Positions 29,493 through 38,752 of a DNA stretch of 64,000 nucleotides are shown in pieces. A program made the translations under genes and the position numbers. The stretch lies in the sequence record MG752970.1; one strand, given 5' to 3'. Within the stretch, counting starts at the first letter, position 1. Every line of letters begins with the position of its first letter. The notes beneath the pieces are model-generated. The model was not told the origin of the DNA, searched no databases, and worked only from the letters and a program-made list of their open reading frames with translations.

Positions 29493-30371
29493 TTATTCTG
29501 ATTTTTGTGCAGCAGCTCTTTGACGAATCTGAGCTAATAGATCTGCAGTTGACTTACCACCGGTTGGTGCTGAAGTTGTTGCCACAGGAGCAGCTACAAC
29601 ATCTTGCACAGCTTCAGATACTGTGTCACTTACAGGAGCTGAGACACGCGTAACTGCTGAAGAGCTGGTATCAACTGGTGTACCGTTTAATGCCGCATTT
29701 AGCATCTGCTCAATGGTCTCAACTGGCATCTTCTTGGTTCTGAATTCTTCCAAGCTCTTGATGTTAAGTGATTCAACCAAACTTGGATCAACAGCAGTTG
29801 ATTTACGAACGAAGCTTGAATCGGTGTAGCTTGCGTTTTCACCTTGCTTCGTCTTGGTGATACGGAAGTCATAACCATTCTTCAGATCGGATGGATCCTC
29901 ATCGAGGTCACCTGACATGATAGATGATTGAATACGCTTGTAGATTTGTGGACCAAACGAAACCAGCTTGATTGGATCTTCATCGTCTTCAGTTTGGAAT
30001 GGAACGGAAACAGGAAGAACTTGAGCGATGTACTCGCGCTTCTTGTAGTACTTCTTTCCTTCAACCGAATTATCGCCGTCGCGCTTGTAAAATTCCTGTG
30101 ACTTGCGGCAGACTGGGCAGTCCTCATCATACATTGATAGGCAAGGAACGCGCTTCTTTTCACCATTGATCCATAGTTCATGGAACAGGTTTTCAATCAG
30201 GAACAAACGTGGATTATCTTGATTTGCGTCTGGTAGGAAACGAACAACAACTTGTTCATCGAACTGCATCTTCCAGAATGGAAGGTAACGCTTGAATGAG
30301 GAACTAACTTCGTTAGTTTTCTTTGCGAATGCTGCTTTGAGTGCGTCTAAACGTGACATAAAATTCTCCAA
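29493..30371 (-). CDS. gp32: Single-stranded DNA-binding protein (T4 gp32-like)
   Basis: VVRFLP, C...CPVC zinc site, GYDFRITK; TATAAATA at 30437-30444. Confidence 0.88.
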   Translation of the reverse strand: MENFMSRLDALKAAFAKKTNEVSSSFKRYLPFWKMQFDEQVVVRFLPDANQDNPRLFLIENLFHELWINGEKKRVPCLSMYDEDCPVCRKSQEFYKRDGDNSVEGKKYYKKREYIAQVLPVSVPFQTEDDEDPIKLVSFGPQIYKRIQSSIMSGDLDEDPSDLKNGYDFRITKTKQGENASYTDSSFVRKSTAVDPSLVESLNIKSLEEFRTKKMPVETIEQMLNAALNGTPVDTSSSAVTRVSAPVSDTVSEAVQDVVAAPVATTSAPTGGKSTADLLAQIRQRAAAQKSE

Positions 30372-30579
30372 AATTTATCTAAAATTGTTCAAAAGTTTAA
30401 CTAAAGTAGATTCAACGTTGCATCGAATCATACTGTTATTTATACGAGACCATCAATCAAGTGCTAGATTGTTTGAACATTTTTCAACATGCTAGGTGCT
30501 GCTGACCGAATATGTATATCCAGAACGTCGAGCAACATCCAAGTATGATAGGATAAATATCAGAAGGAGAACGAACACC

Positions 30580-31296
30580 ATGAAGCTTCAAGAAATTATG
30601 AGAGATGGTCCTGAACTGTTCAAGCAGAAAATGCAGACCATTAGCAAAGTAGATGCAGCCATGACACAATGGATTTATGATCATGTCACATATATCGACG
30701 CATCTGATGGGAGCGATGTGGCGCGGGATAATGTTAGAGTCAAAGATGGGATTATATACTTTGAAAACGTGAAACCCACCGACTGGGGTTTCAATATCCA
30801 AAATCCAGAGAATACAAAGCATGTGCACATGACGATTGATATGAGAGGAGCCAAATTAGATCCGCCTCTTCCTATCATTCACAATGATTCTATCTTCGTT
30901 GACGATGATGTTTTGATAGTTAACTCCATCATTGATGACTGGTCAAAACTTCCAATTTTAGAAGAACATCAAAACTACGATGTTCAGTTTGCCGTCGTTG
31001 GAAATAAAACCATCATCAAGTCGTGGAATGGTTTGAGAAAATATGATCTACACCGTCTGCATTTCAATTGGGAATCAAATGAATCTGTAAAAATAGAATG
31101 CGGTCTTCTCGAGCTTGTGGATTTCCCAAAGCATGCATTTTTTAGTTATTCAGCATACTCCAACAATACAGATCCTCTAGCCCATCAACTTGACGCAGCA
31201 TTTGAGTTTCTTGCGCAATTAAGACGTGATGGTGGAGATGTCTTTGAATTCCAGGAATATCTAATAGATCATGGACTTGAGCAATTTGCTAGGTGA
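30580..31296 (+). CDS. FDxQDW-domain family protein, long form (dispersed copy)
   Basis: Probable start MKLQEI at 30580 (AGGAGA RBS, GATAAATA at 30552); C-terminal DVFEFQEYLIDHG. Confidence 0.75.
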   Translation: MKLQEIMRDGPELFKQKMQTISKVDAAMTQWIYDHVTYIDASDGSDVARDNVRVKDGIIYFENVKPTDWGFNIQNPENTKHVHMTIDMRGAKLDPPLPIIHNDSIFVDDDVLIVNSIIDDWSKLPILEEHQNYDVQFAVVGNKTIIKSWNGLRKYDLHRLHFNWESNESVKIECGLLELVDFPKHAFFSYSAYSNNTDPLAHQLDAAFEFLAQLRRDGGDVFEFQEYLIDHGLEQFAR

Positions 31297-31387
31297 TCCC
31301 AGAGGTGTTCTCAAACAAATCACATAGAAACATACATCTTATCGACCTGATGTGATCTGGGCCTCAAGTTTAAGCTCTCAGATATGA

Positions 31388-31413
31388 AAAAGGACTGCAT
31401 TTGCAGTCCTTTT
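31388..31413. terminator. Bidirectional Rho-independent terminator
   Basis: aaaaggactgca / tgcagtcctttt between convergent genes. Confidence 0.8.
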
Positions 31414-32521
31414 ATCCATTGGCAAGTTTTACTAACTTATTTGTTGAATCATACAGAACGTACGTATTACCACCGTAAATCGTATAATCCCATACCGTAT
31501 CTGTAACATTGTAAGGTGTAACAATTCTACTAAAGCTCAAATCAGATCTATGGAATGCCCATAGCTCATGCAGATTTGGGTCTGCAGAGGTGGCCTGTCG
31601 GCTCACTGTAACGTAAATCTCGTCAGTAACTGGATTGTATTTAACAGGACCGTTTACATAGGCTTGATATTGCGTATTGTAATCCAGTCTGGAATCACTC
31701 AAATCAACATTAAGAATTACCGCACCCGTTAGCGCATTATAACGGGTGATGTTGTACAAATTATTGTTAGGATTTTGCGCCACTATTACGAGTTCGTCAC
31801 CAGATGTTGGTCTAATAATCTGGCCGGCGCTTAAATCACCGTATGGAGTTATCGTAGTAGATAGAGTTGGCGTGTATGTGCCAGAATCCAGCGTATACAG
31901 ATCCATGCTGTAGGAAACGCCATTGCTAGACGTTCCCCATAAGCGTAAGTTAACGCTATCGTAAACCATAGAACCATACAACTTTGCCAAAGTATATTCA
32001 TTTACTATAGCCCCACTAGTTATGTCTATTTTGGCTAATTTTCTGACTGTTCCACTGTCTCTGTTTTCATGAACTCCCCAGACATAGTTTGTCGTTCCAT
32101 CTCCACAAATGTTGAGGAAATCATTTGTCATTCTATATGTGCCTCCGAACAATCCATCTTTGATAGTTCCGGTAGCTGTGTCAATACGAATGATGGCTGG
32201 TTGAGTGGTATGATAGCTGCTGCGAGATAGCAACCACAAAACGCCATTAGAATCTACAGCATAGATGTCACTGACGTTATTGGTCACTCCTAGGTATGCA
32301 TTTAGATCTATCGTTGTAACAAGAGAACCATCAGAAATGTTGTACGATTTTACAGTCGCGTTGTCACAGAGCCAAATTTTCCCACCATGAACTGTCATTG
32401 ATAGTTGACCCTCGTCTCCAGTACCAGTCACGGTGTTCGTCCATGAGAATGGATTAGAAACTACAACATGCATATTAGATAATACACCGAGTATCCAGCT
32501 ACTAATCATTACTTTCTCCAC
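31412..32521 (-). CDS. Beta-propeller-like protein, probably virion-associated
   Basis: Repeated xYD/xxW blade motifs, S/T/N-rich; TAAATA at 32535-32540. Confidence 0.6.
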   Translation of the reverse strand: MEKVMISSWILGVLSNMHVVVSNPFSWTNTVTGTGDEGQLSMTVHGGKIWLCDNATVKSYNISDGSLVTTIDLNAYLGVTNNVSDIYAVDSNGVLWLLSRSSYHTTQPAIIRIDTATGTIKDGLFGGTYRMTNDFLNICGDGTTNYVWGVHENRDSGTVRKLAKIDITSGAIVNEYTLAKLYGSMVYDSVNLRLWGTSSNGVSYSMDLYTLDSGTYTPTLSTTITPYGDLSAGQIIRPTSGDELVIVAQNPNNNLYNITRYNALTGAVILNVDLSDSRLDYNTQYQAYVNGPVKYNPVTDEIYVTVSRQATSADPNLHELWAFHRSDLSFSRIVTPYNVTDTVWDYTIYGGNTYVLYDSTNKLVKLANG

Positions 32522-32569
32522 GTTACGTTTTAGCTATTTATCCAGATCAAGTATGCGGAGAAAAGAAAA

Positions 32570-32590
32570 GGGACTATCTAAGATAGTCCC
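32570..32590. terminator. Rho-independent terminator
   Basis: gggactatct-a-agatagtccc with upstream A tract (U tract on minus strand). Confidence 0.75.
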
Positions 32591-32613
32591 GTAAATTGAA
32601 AGGATACGAAATA

Positions 32614-33639
32614 TTAAGCTAAACCATTTGGTATAACGGCTCTACCATGCATCCAATGCTTTTGTGTCTGAACGTGATCTTTACGCACAAACTTTGCCAC
32701 ATGAGATTTAAACTGTCCATAATTAAATCCATCGGCAGTTCTCATTACCCATCCTTCGCAGTTTTTCCAATCTTTGTCATTCCACAGTGAGCGAATCTTT
32801 TGCTCATCATAGATGCCATCGTATAGGACCTCTACTGGAGTGATGCCCATTACTTCAAAATACAACATCGTGTCATCCCATGAAAGACAATTGTTGCGAT
32901 CATCCCACATGGAAAATCCGTAGAAGTATGATTTCAAATCATCGTAGTGAATAGAATGTTCAGCATACAAATTCTCTCCACATACTCTCCATCCTTCATC
33001 GATGTGATGACAGATAGTAGACCAGAAATTTTTAACCCAATTTCTACTTGGATGATTACGAGAATCCACACTTCTTGCGTGGATGTAATCACGATACATG
33101 GTAGTATTTTCACCATCCATTTTCACGGTAACGATGACTCTGTTACCTTCGAACGCTGACATATCGAGGATAACTCGATCGTCATCATGAATATTTTCAC
33201 TCCATGCAACGTGGTTTGTTCGATGGTATTTGACGAGGTAGGTGAAAAGATCCAGCACACCACCCTGCTTCATCACCTTCTGAACCGACTCATCGTAGAA
33301 AAGCTCACCACGTAGACGTTGTCCGTTTGGCATGACAGGATTACCCCACTTATCGTAAGAGGTATCGTCATACATGTGAGGAGGAAGAATGATCTTGGTG
33401 ATGCCACATTGATGACGAACGTCTTCAACGCTGATCACTGTTTGCTCACACAACATGTGGTGTTCATCGCACACCGTTGCGCCATTCTCCATATAGTATC
33501 CACCATCGGGCCAAAGCCGTCTTTCAATGATATGGTGGGCGTCTAGCTTTTCTTTCTTACCGCAAAATACGCAGGCGTACTTATCTCTTTTGAATACGCC
33601 TTCTCTGAATTCATCTCTTGTTAGTAGCTCGAAAGCCAT
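32614..33639 (-). CDS. HNH domain - RNA ligase (Rnl2-like) fusion
   Basis: N-terminal CVFC...AHHI...N..TVC..HH; C-terminal KMDGEN, EGWVMR, AKFVR. Confidence 0.82.
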   Translation of the reverse strand: MAFELLTRDEFREGVFKRDKYACVFCGKKEKLDAHHIIERRLWPDGGYYMENGATVCDEHHMLCEQTVISVEDVRHQCGITKIILPPHMYDDTSYDKWGNPVMPNGQRLRGELFYDESVQKVMKQGGVLDLFTYLVKYHRTNHVAWSENIHDDDRVILDMSAFEGNRVIVTVKMDGENTTMYRDYIHARSVDSRNHPSRNWVKNFWSTICHHIDEGWRVCGENLYAEHSIHYDDLKSYFYGFSMWDDRNNCLSWDDTMLYFEVMGITPVEVLYDGIYDEQKIRSLWNDKDWKNCEGWVMRTADGFNYGQFKSHVAKFVRKDHVQTQKHWMHGRAVIPNGLA

Positions 33640-33680
33640 TTTTCATCTCCGTAAGTTGATCCTCCGGAGATGGAACGACA

Positions 33681-33863
33681 TTAATAGTCGTAGTAATCGT
33701 AATCCCAGTCATCGTCTTCACTTCCAATATAGCAGTCGATAACCATGACTATAACGAAAGATGCAAACACTGACAGATAGGGACCGAATTCCAAATACCG
33801 AAGGAATAATGCACACAGCGCCATGCACACTAGCATGACAATCAGTTTGATTGTTCTACTCAT
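33681..33863 (-). CDS. Small two-TM membrane protein with acidic tail
   Basis: Two hydrophobic stretches, GGAG RBS. Confidence 0.6.
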   Translation of the reverse strand: MSRTIKLIVMLVCMALCALFLRYLEFGPYLSVFASFVIVMVIDCYIGSEDDDWDYDYYDY

Positions 33864-33931
33864 TACATTTTGCTCCCCTTCGGGTATTTGGTTGTTTACT
33901 TAATTTATTTCTTTATTGGTCTTGGAAAGAA

Positions 33932-34216
33932 TCAGAACTTTAGCAAATTCTTATTCATGATGTCTTTCCACACAGCTTCAATTTCAGCTTCGCTAATATC
34001 CGCTATTTGATGCTTTAGTCCTATGCGTATTAAATTATACACTGAGCTCGAACCATGTGTAGTGTTCAAGCCCCTATAATCGTCCCACATGGGGAATCTA
34101 GCAAATAAACTCCCTTTGACATCCCAAAGTACTGCATAACCAACAGGGCCAAAGGGTTCAACTATCACATCAAACCCACCACTTCTATTTCTAGGGCTGA
34201 ATTGAATAGTGTTCAT
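33932..34216 (-). CDS. Hypothetical protein
   Basis: Coupled ORF. Confidence 0.55.
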   Translation of the reverse strand: MNTIQFSPRNRSGGFDVIVEPFGPVGYAVLWDVKGSLFARFPMWDDYRGLNTTHGSSSVYNLIRIGLKHQIADISEAEIEAVWKDIMNKNLLKF

Positions 34217-34725
34217 AGTCGATCTGCAAGCTGATTCTTTGCGTGTTCAACAATGATTCTTTGCAATTCAGCCGTCGTCTGAAGAGCATTTACGTGAAGG
34301 ATGCCAATACCACCCTTCTCTGTCCACATCTCAATGTTCTCCGGATGATCATCAATCAAGATGGAGTTTGAATCTGCGTACTGCGCCTTGTCCTTTCGCT
34401 TTGTCACGATCACCGGCATCTTACGCATCTCACGGTGAACCCATTCCGTCTTCTCGCGAATGCCCTTTTGATCACCAACAGGCCAACCCGTAAGCATTTG
34501 AATAGAGTGGAATGCCTGTTGGTTGGCTCGAATAGTATTCCACAGCTCAGGACCATCGGGAAGCCATTCAAGCTGCGCCCAGAATGTTGCAGCCTTATTG
34601 ATCTTCTTCCAGATCAAACCCTTGTCTGTCGTTGTACTAAAATCAAATCCACACAGGTCGCGAACACCTTTTTCAAAGTTGACAAAGACGCCATCCATGT
34701 CAAGATACAGTTCTAATTTATTCAT
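34213..34725 (-). CDS. HAD-family 5'(3')-deoxyribonucleotidase-like
   Basis: LDMDGV, ILIDD motifs. Confidence 0.85.
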   Translation of the reverse strand: MNKLELYLDMDGVFVNFEKGVRDLCGFDFSTTTDKGLIWKKINKAATFWAQLEWLPDGPELWNTIRANQQAFHSIQMLTGWPVGDQKGIREKTEWVHREMRKMPVIVTKRKDKAQYADSNSILIDDHPENIEMWTEKGGIGILHVNALQTTAELQRIIVEHAKNQLADRL

Positions 34726-35273
34726 ATTTTTAGATTATAGGTTTTAACTATGTCAGGAAATTCGCCGAAGCTTACGTACTCTTGGATTTTATCTCTAAGA
34801 TGCGAGCTTCCTTCCATAGTATTGAAAGTTCGCGTATCATCAGTCCAAATAATATCCTTTCCATATTCTAAGCAGAACATGTAGAATTCAAATGCACGAT
34901 ACAGGAAAATGTTTACCGTAACGTCAATGAATGCTTTAGGATTTTGTCGGCTTTCCATGATTTTAACCATCGAAGCTGCAGCACCTATCAGATTGCGACG
35001 AGAAACAAAGTAATCAGATTGCTGGAGAATAAGGTGATGAGCGCTGTGATCTAGAATAACGTAATCGTCTCTACGATCATAGTAGTCAATCACATCCATG
35101 AATGACGTTGATTCTACGGCAGGTCCTTTATACTCATGCCACGCTGATTTTGGACCTGAATATCCTCTCCAATTCCCATCGATAATCTGATTTCCAAATT
35201 TGAGACCCAATTCCTTTGCTTTTTCTACACAAAAGATTGTACTAGCTGATCGCTGAGTTGCAGATACTATCAT
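34722..35273 (-). CDS. Hypothetical protein, weak sulfotransferase-like N-terminus
   Basis: TQRSAST resembles the 5'-PSB loop; apparent paralogue of 35270-35737. Confidence 0.45.
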   Translation of the reverse strand: MIVSATQRSASTIFCVEKAKELGLKFGNQIIDGNWRGYSGPKSAWHEYKGPAVESTSFMDVIDYYDRRDDYVILDHSAHHLILQQSDYFVSRRNLIGAAASMVKIMESRQNPKAFIDVTVNIFLYRAFEFYMFCLEYGKDIIWTDDTRTFNTMEGSSHLRDKIQEYVSFGEFPDIVKTYNLKI

Positions 35274-35737
35274 GATACTTTCAATCCGTATGCGTCAATA
35301 ATGGGCTTGAGATATCCAGCATTCTTGTCAATGAAGAATTTCAGTTTGTCTACGACGAATGGATCGATTGCGTGCTTGCATTCATGCCATTCAACCCACA
35401 CATTTTTAGTGTAGCAATAGATGAGAAAGTTGAAGAACCGAGAGATTTCAAGCTTCAGATATCCTTCAGCAGCCTCAACGCCTAGCAAGATGACATACGC
35501 GTTGTATTCTTCAGTTAGAGCTGCAGCGACGTCCTTTGTACCAACGTAAACATCGGCTACAGATAGAGCTGCAATATTATTGCTGAAATCCATGAAGACA
35601 CAATTCTCATCATTGAATTTTTCAATGCGTTCCTTGATACTGCTACCGGGGGAATTCTTAACGATACAATACGAATTCGCACGAGCATGTTCTTCAATGC
35701 TCTTCGTTCCAACATGACACATGAGACTTACTTTCAT
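35270..35737 (-). CDS. Hypothetical protein, paralogue of 34722-35273
   Basis: Shared RxFxFxxxCxxxxxxxxW and C-terminal YxLK patterns. Confidence 0.45.
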   Translation of the reverse strand: MKVSLMCHVGTKSIEEHARANSYCIVKNSPGSSIKERIEKFNDENCVFMDFSNNIAALSVADVYVGTKDVAAALTEEYNAYVILLGVEAAEGYLKLEISRFFNFLIYCYTKNVWVEWHECKHAIDPFVVDKLKFFIDKNAGYLKPIIDAYGLKVS

Positions 35738-36165
35738 AGTTCCTCCAGCGCTTTGATTACCATTTTTCGTGATGCACTGATGCTCAATGTGTTATCTATT
35801 CGCACATCATAAATGAGTGGAGGAACCCACATTGAATTGGTATCCTCAAATCTACTTTCCTTGATTCTATCCATCCACACAACAAAAGCAGACCCAAATG
35901 CATTTCTACATTCGGGTCTCGGGCAAACAAAGTCCGCAATAACCGGCGTATTTGTGGTGAGAACTTGATCACAAAGCCAGCGCATTCTCCTAGCTTGTTC
36001 AATTCGATCATCAAGACTAAAACCCAAATCCTTATTTAGGTTCTGTCTGACTCCATCGGCATTCCAATGCACAGCACCAAGGAGACGCGCTAATTCTTTA
36101 GCCAGTGTCGTCTTTCCAGAGCCAGGAAGTCCCATCACTAGGATGGGTTTATTCAACAATTTCAT
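35734..36165 (-). CDS. Adenylyl-sulfate kinase-like P-loop kinase
   Basis: GLPGSGKTT, NADGVRQ..NKDLGFS..DR. Confidence 0.78.
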   Translation of the reverse strand: MKLLNKPILVMGLPGSGKTTLAKELARLLGAVHWNADGVRQNLNKDLGFSLDDRIEQARRMRWLCDQVLTTNTPVIADFVCPRPECRNAFGSAFVVWMDRIKESRFEDTNSMWVPPLIYDVRIDNTLSISASRKMVIKALEEL

Positions 36166-36523
36166 GGGTGAATTCTATTTGAATTGGTGGATCAATCTTC
36201 ACCCAAATACTTTCATCCTTTGCTACATCGCCAGCGTGCATAGGCTTCACACCAGCCGCTCTATCAATAGACCAGGTAATGTGATATGGTTTTCCATCGG
36301 GACGATAAGTTTCACCGTCAACTTGCACGATGAATGCTTCGCATCCTTTTGTATCATCCACATATGCCACCACGTCAGCCATCTTTACATTAGGCTGAAC
36401 GTAGTTCTTTCCTACGCCGAATTTAATCGTGACGTGATGCCCGATTTCATCTGTGTAAACCGGAGGAAAGATTGCGAGGAGTTCATTCCTCGTCTTCTCT
36501 GAGAGTATGAGTGCGTCGTACAT
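36149..36523 (-). CDS. 2H phosphoesterase-fold protein
   Basis: Two HxT motifs: HHVTI and YHITW. Confidence 0.7.
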   Translation of the reverse strand: MYDALILSEKTRNELLAIFPPVYTDEIGHHVTIKFGVGKNYVQPNVKMADVVAYVDDTKGCEAFIVQVDGETYRPDGKPYHITWSIDRAAGVKPMHAGDVAKDESIWVKIDPPIQIEFTHEIVE

Positions 36524-36571
36524 AATATAATTGTATTATGTACGAACTCTAAGTAGAAATTAGACCCCAAA

Positions 36572-36593
36572 AAGGGTAGCATTAGCTACCCTT
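36572..36593. terminator. Rho-independent terminator
   Basis: aagggtagc-atta-gctaccctt. Confidence 0.75.
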
Positions 36594-36610
36594 AGGACTT
36601 ACAAAGACTT

Positions 36611-37426
36611 TCAGTGGACTGTGTTGATCAATCCGTTGATGGCAGATTTTAGCATACTGATTCCACCATCCACTCTCAGCATTCTGTCGCCTGCTGCAGA
36701 TTTTGCAGTTTGTTCATGTGAATGACTGATGAACTTTGTCATCATGATGGTGTAATCGGCATCTCTGCATACCACTTTCAGTTGATGTGGATTTTCATCG
36801 ACAGTCCAAAATTTGATTTGTGCTTTGTCTCTGAACTCGTTTTCGACTTCAGTGATTTGATGTCCTTTCAACCCCGCGACCACTATCGTTGGCAGCTTAA
36901 CTCGAGCAGGTCTCTTCATCGCAGCCGATAGAGATTCAGTTGCTACCTTCAATAGAGGATTCGGATCTACAGTTGTTGGAGCCAGCTCACCCATCCGTTG
37001 GATAAACTTATCAACAACCTTTGTTGCAAAAGCATCAGCGAAAACTTCCACCAAGGTTGTCATCGCCATACCAATATCTGCATGTAGCGCCATCGATTGA
37101 AGCGATGAGAGATTTACAGGATCAAATGGCGAATGATCGATGGGTTCTTGGGGTGGAGGTGCTGGTTCGTCTTGTAGTTTCTTAAATCTCTTGAATGCAT
37201 CCGAAACTACATCCTTCACCATGGTGACGGTCTTGATCGCTCTTTGTCGTTCTGCCGGAAGCACTTTGGCCTGGGCTTCTTGTACTGCGTGTAGCGTAGA
37301 TTCCCCAGGGCTCTTCATCATGCGATTGGCAATCTCGATAGACACCAGTTCCTTTTCTCGTGTCGTCCAAAATACCTTGGGTTTCTTGGCGGCCACAGCC
37401 ACTTTTGATTTAACTTTGGTTGCCAT
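36611..37426 (-). CDS. Protein with C-terminal DUF2325-like domain
   Basis: C-terminal ADYTIMMTKFISHS...DGGISML; basic N-terminal domain. Confidence 0.65.
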   Translation of the reverse strand: MATKVKSKVAVAAKKPKVFWTTREKELVSIEIANRMMKSPGESTLHAVQEAQAKVLPAERQRAIKTVTMVKDVVSDAFKRFKKLQDEPAPPPQEPIDHSPFDPVNLSSLQSMALHADIGMAMTTLVEVFADAFATKVVDKFIQRMGELAPTTVDPNPLLKVATESLSAAMKRPARVKLPTIVVAGLKGHQITEVENEFRDKAQIKFWTVDENPHQLKVVCRDADYTIMMTKFISHSHEQTAKSAAGDRMLRVDGGISMLKSAINGLINTVH

Positions 37427-37447
37427 TTCGATCTCCGGTTAAAGAAA

Positions 37448-37472
37448 ATGGGTCTCCAATCTAGAGACCCAT
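37448..37472. terminator. Rho-independent terminator
   Basis: atgggtctc-caatcta-gagacccat directly after 37484 stop. Confidence 0.7.
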
Positions 37473-37483
37473 CATGCCAACAT

Positions 37484-37900
37484 TTAGCGAGATACCCGAG
37501 TGCGACTCACCGTAGCTTTCTTTGCTGTGGATTTAGCCGCCCTACCTCCAGGCTGTAGATGAACAGGGAGTGGTGTGCGATGATGTGATTCATCGAATCG
37601 AGACATGTCCAGACCTGCAAGGCGGGGTGTCTTCTTGAGAACCCGTTGCAGCTTGGCCCATGTTCCATTGTTTTGCCATTCGCGCAGGCGTCGCCAGCAC
37701 GAAAGACCGCTTCCAGCCCCAACTTCAGTGGGCAACCCGCTAAATGGAATCCCAGTCTTTAAGACAAACAGAATCCCATTCAATGCCGCCCTGTCAGGAA
37801 TCGGTTGTCGGCCTCGCCCACTTGCCGATTCCTTTGGTGGAATGACCGACTCCACCGAATTCCACAGCTTGTTATCGACGATTGGCTTCATTTTCATCAC
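37484..37900 (-). CDS. IS5-family transposase N-terminal (DUF4096-like) HTH protein, no DDE domain
   Basis: LWNSVESVIP...GR..IPDRAALNGILFVLKTGIPF..LP...GSG.SCWRRLREWQ..GTW. Confidence 0.8.
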   Translation of the reverse strand: MMKMKPIVDNKLWNSVESVIPPKESASGRGRQPIPDRAALNGILFVLKTGIPFSGLPTEVGAGSGLSCWRRLREWQNNGTWAKLQRVLKKTPRLAGLDMSRFDESHHRTPLPVHLQPGGRAAKSTAKKATVSRTRVSR

Positions 37901-38106
37901 CCTTTAAAACTATTTTCAATCAAAGGTATTGGTCAACGACATATGATATTTGTGTTAGTAGCCGCCAAATCCATTGCTGAATCTCTAAGTGCTCCTTGTA
38001 AAGAGATTTTCAGTTACCTCACCAAGTATAGGCAACGTTGCCTATGTAAGCAATTATAAGTAAGTTCTTAGGAAAAATGATCAATGTTGTCGAATTTTTA
38101 CGCTTT

Positions 38107-38177
38107 GTTACATTTGAAAGTAACATTCCAGTGTCACCGGATCTAATGCTGGCATAGGAATGTTACTTCAGTGTAAC
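38107..38177. repeat. Imperfect inverted repeat with perfect 12-bp core
   Basis: aagtaacattcc (38118-38129) / ggaatgttactt (38157-38168), plus outer gttaca/tgtaac. Confidence 0.7.
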
Positions 38178-38650
38178 TTTTTCTCTTCGAATAAACCTTC
38201 GAAAAGATGAATGAAATCTTGCATTATGTCGAGCTCTTCTTTAGAATAAAACCTGACAGTTCCATTCTTTTCGACGCTTGGTTTATACACGAAAATCTTT
38301 ATTTTGCCGTTCATTTTGAACGTTATGAGGATTGCGGTGGGCAGTTTTTCGATGTTTTCCTCTACCAACTTCTTGGCTTCAGCAGGAGAATCCGCTTTTG
38401 CAATGATGACCTCATGAGCAAAAGCACCAGCAATAAGAGATTCGTTATGCGTTGCTTCAATCACTTTAACAAGTTCATCGATATCCTTCTTGGGATTATC
38501 TCTTATTGGTGATTGGTACACCGTGTCAGCACCTAGCAAATAGATGAGTGATGGGGTTCCGGCCTGTAGTGTCCTAGAAATCTCCATGTGCTCGCACATC
38601 GATTCCTCTACATACCGAACAAAATTGCTGAAGACATTACTCATGACCAT
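38168..38650 (-). CDS. Hypothetical protein
   Basis: ORF with GAGG RBS. Confidence 0.6.
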   Translation of the reverse strand: MVMSNVFSNFVRYVEESMCEHMEISRTLQAGTPSLIYLLGADTVYQSPIRDNPKKDIDELVKVIEATHNESLIAGAFAHEVIIAKADSPAEAKKLVEENIEKLPTAILITFKMNGKIKIFVYKPSVEKNGTVRFYSKEELDIMQDFIHLFEGLFEEKKLH

Positions 38651-38752
38651 TCCTCATGTCAGAAGCGCACGTGCGCTATTTATTGTAACATAGTTTAGAT
38701 GAGTTGGGGCCAAAGATAAATATTTCACAATATGAAATAAGGTCTCTAACTC

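Noticed and set aside
37440-38170. Complete IS5 element
   Set aside because: No DDE domain, terminal inverted repeats or target duplication; the 38107 repeat lies wholly on one side
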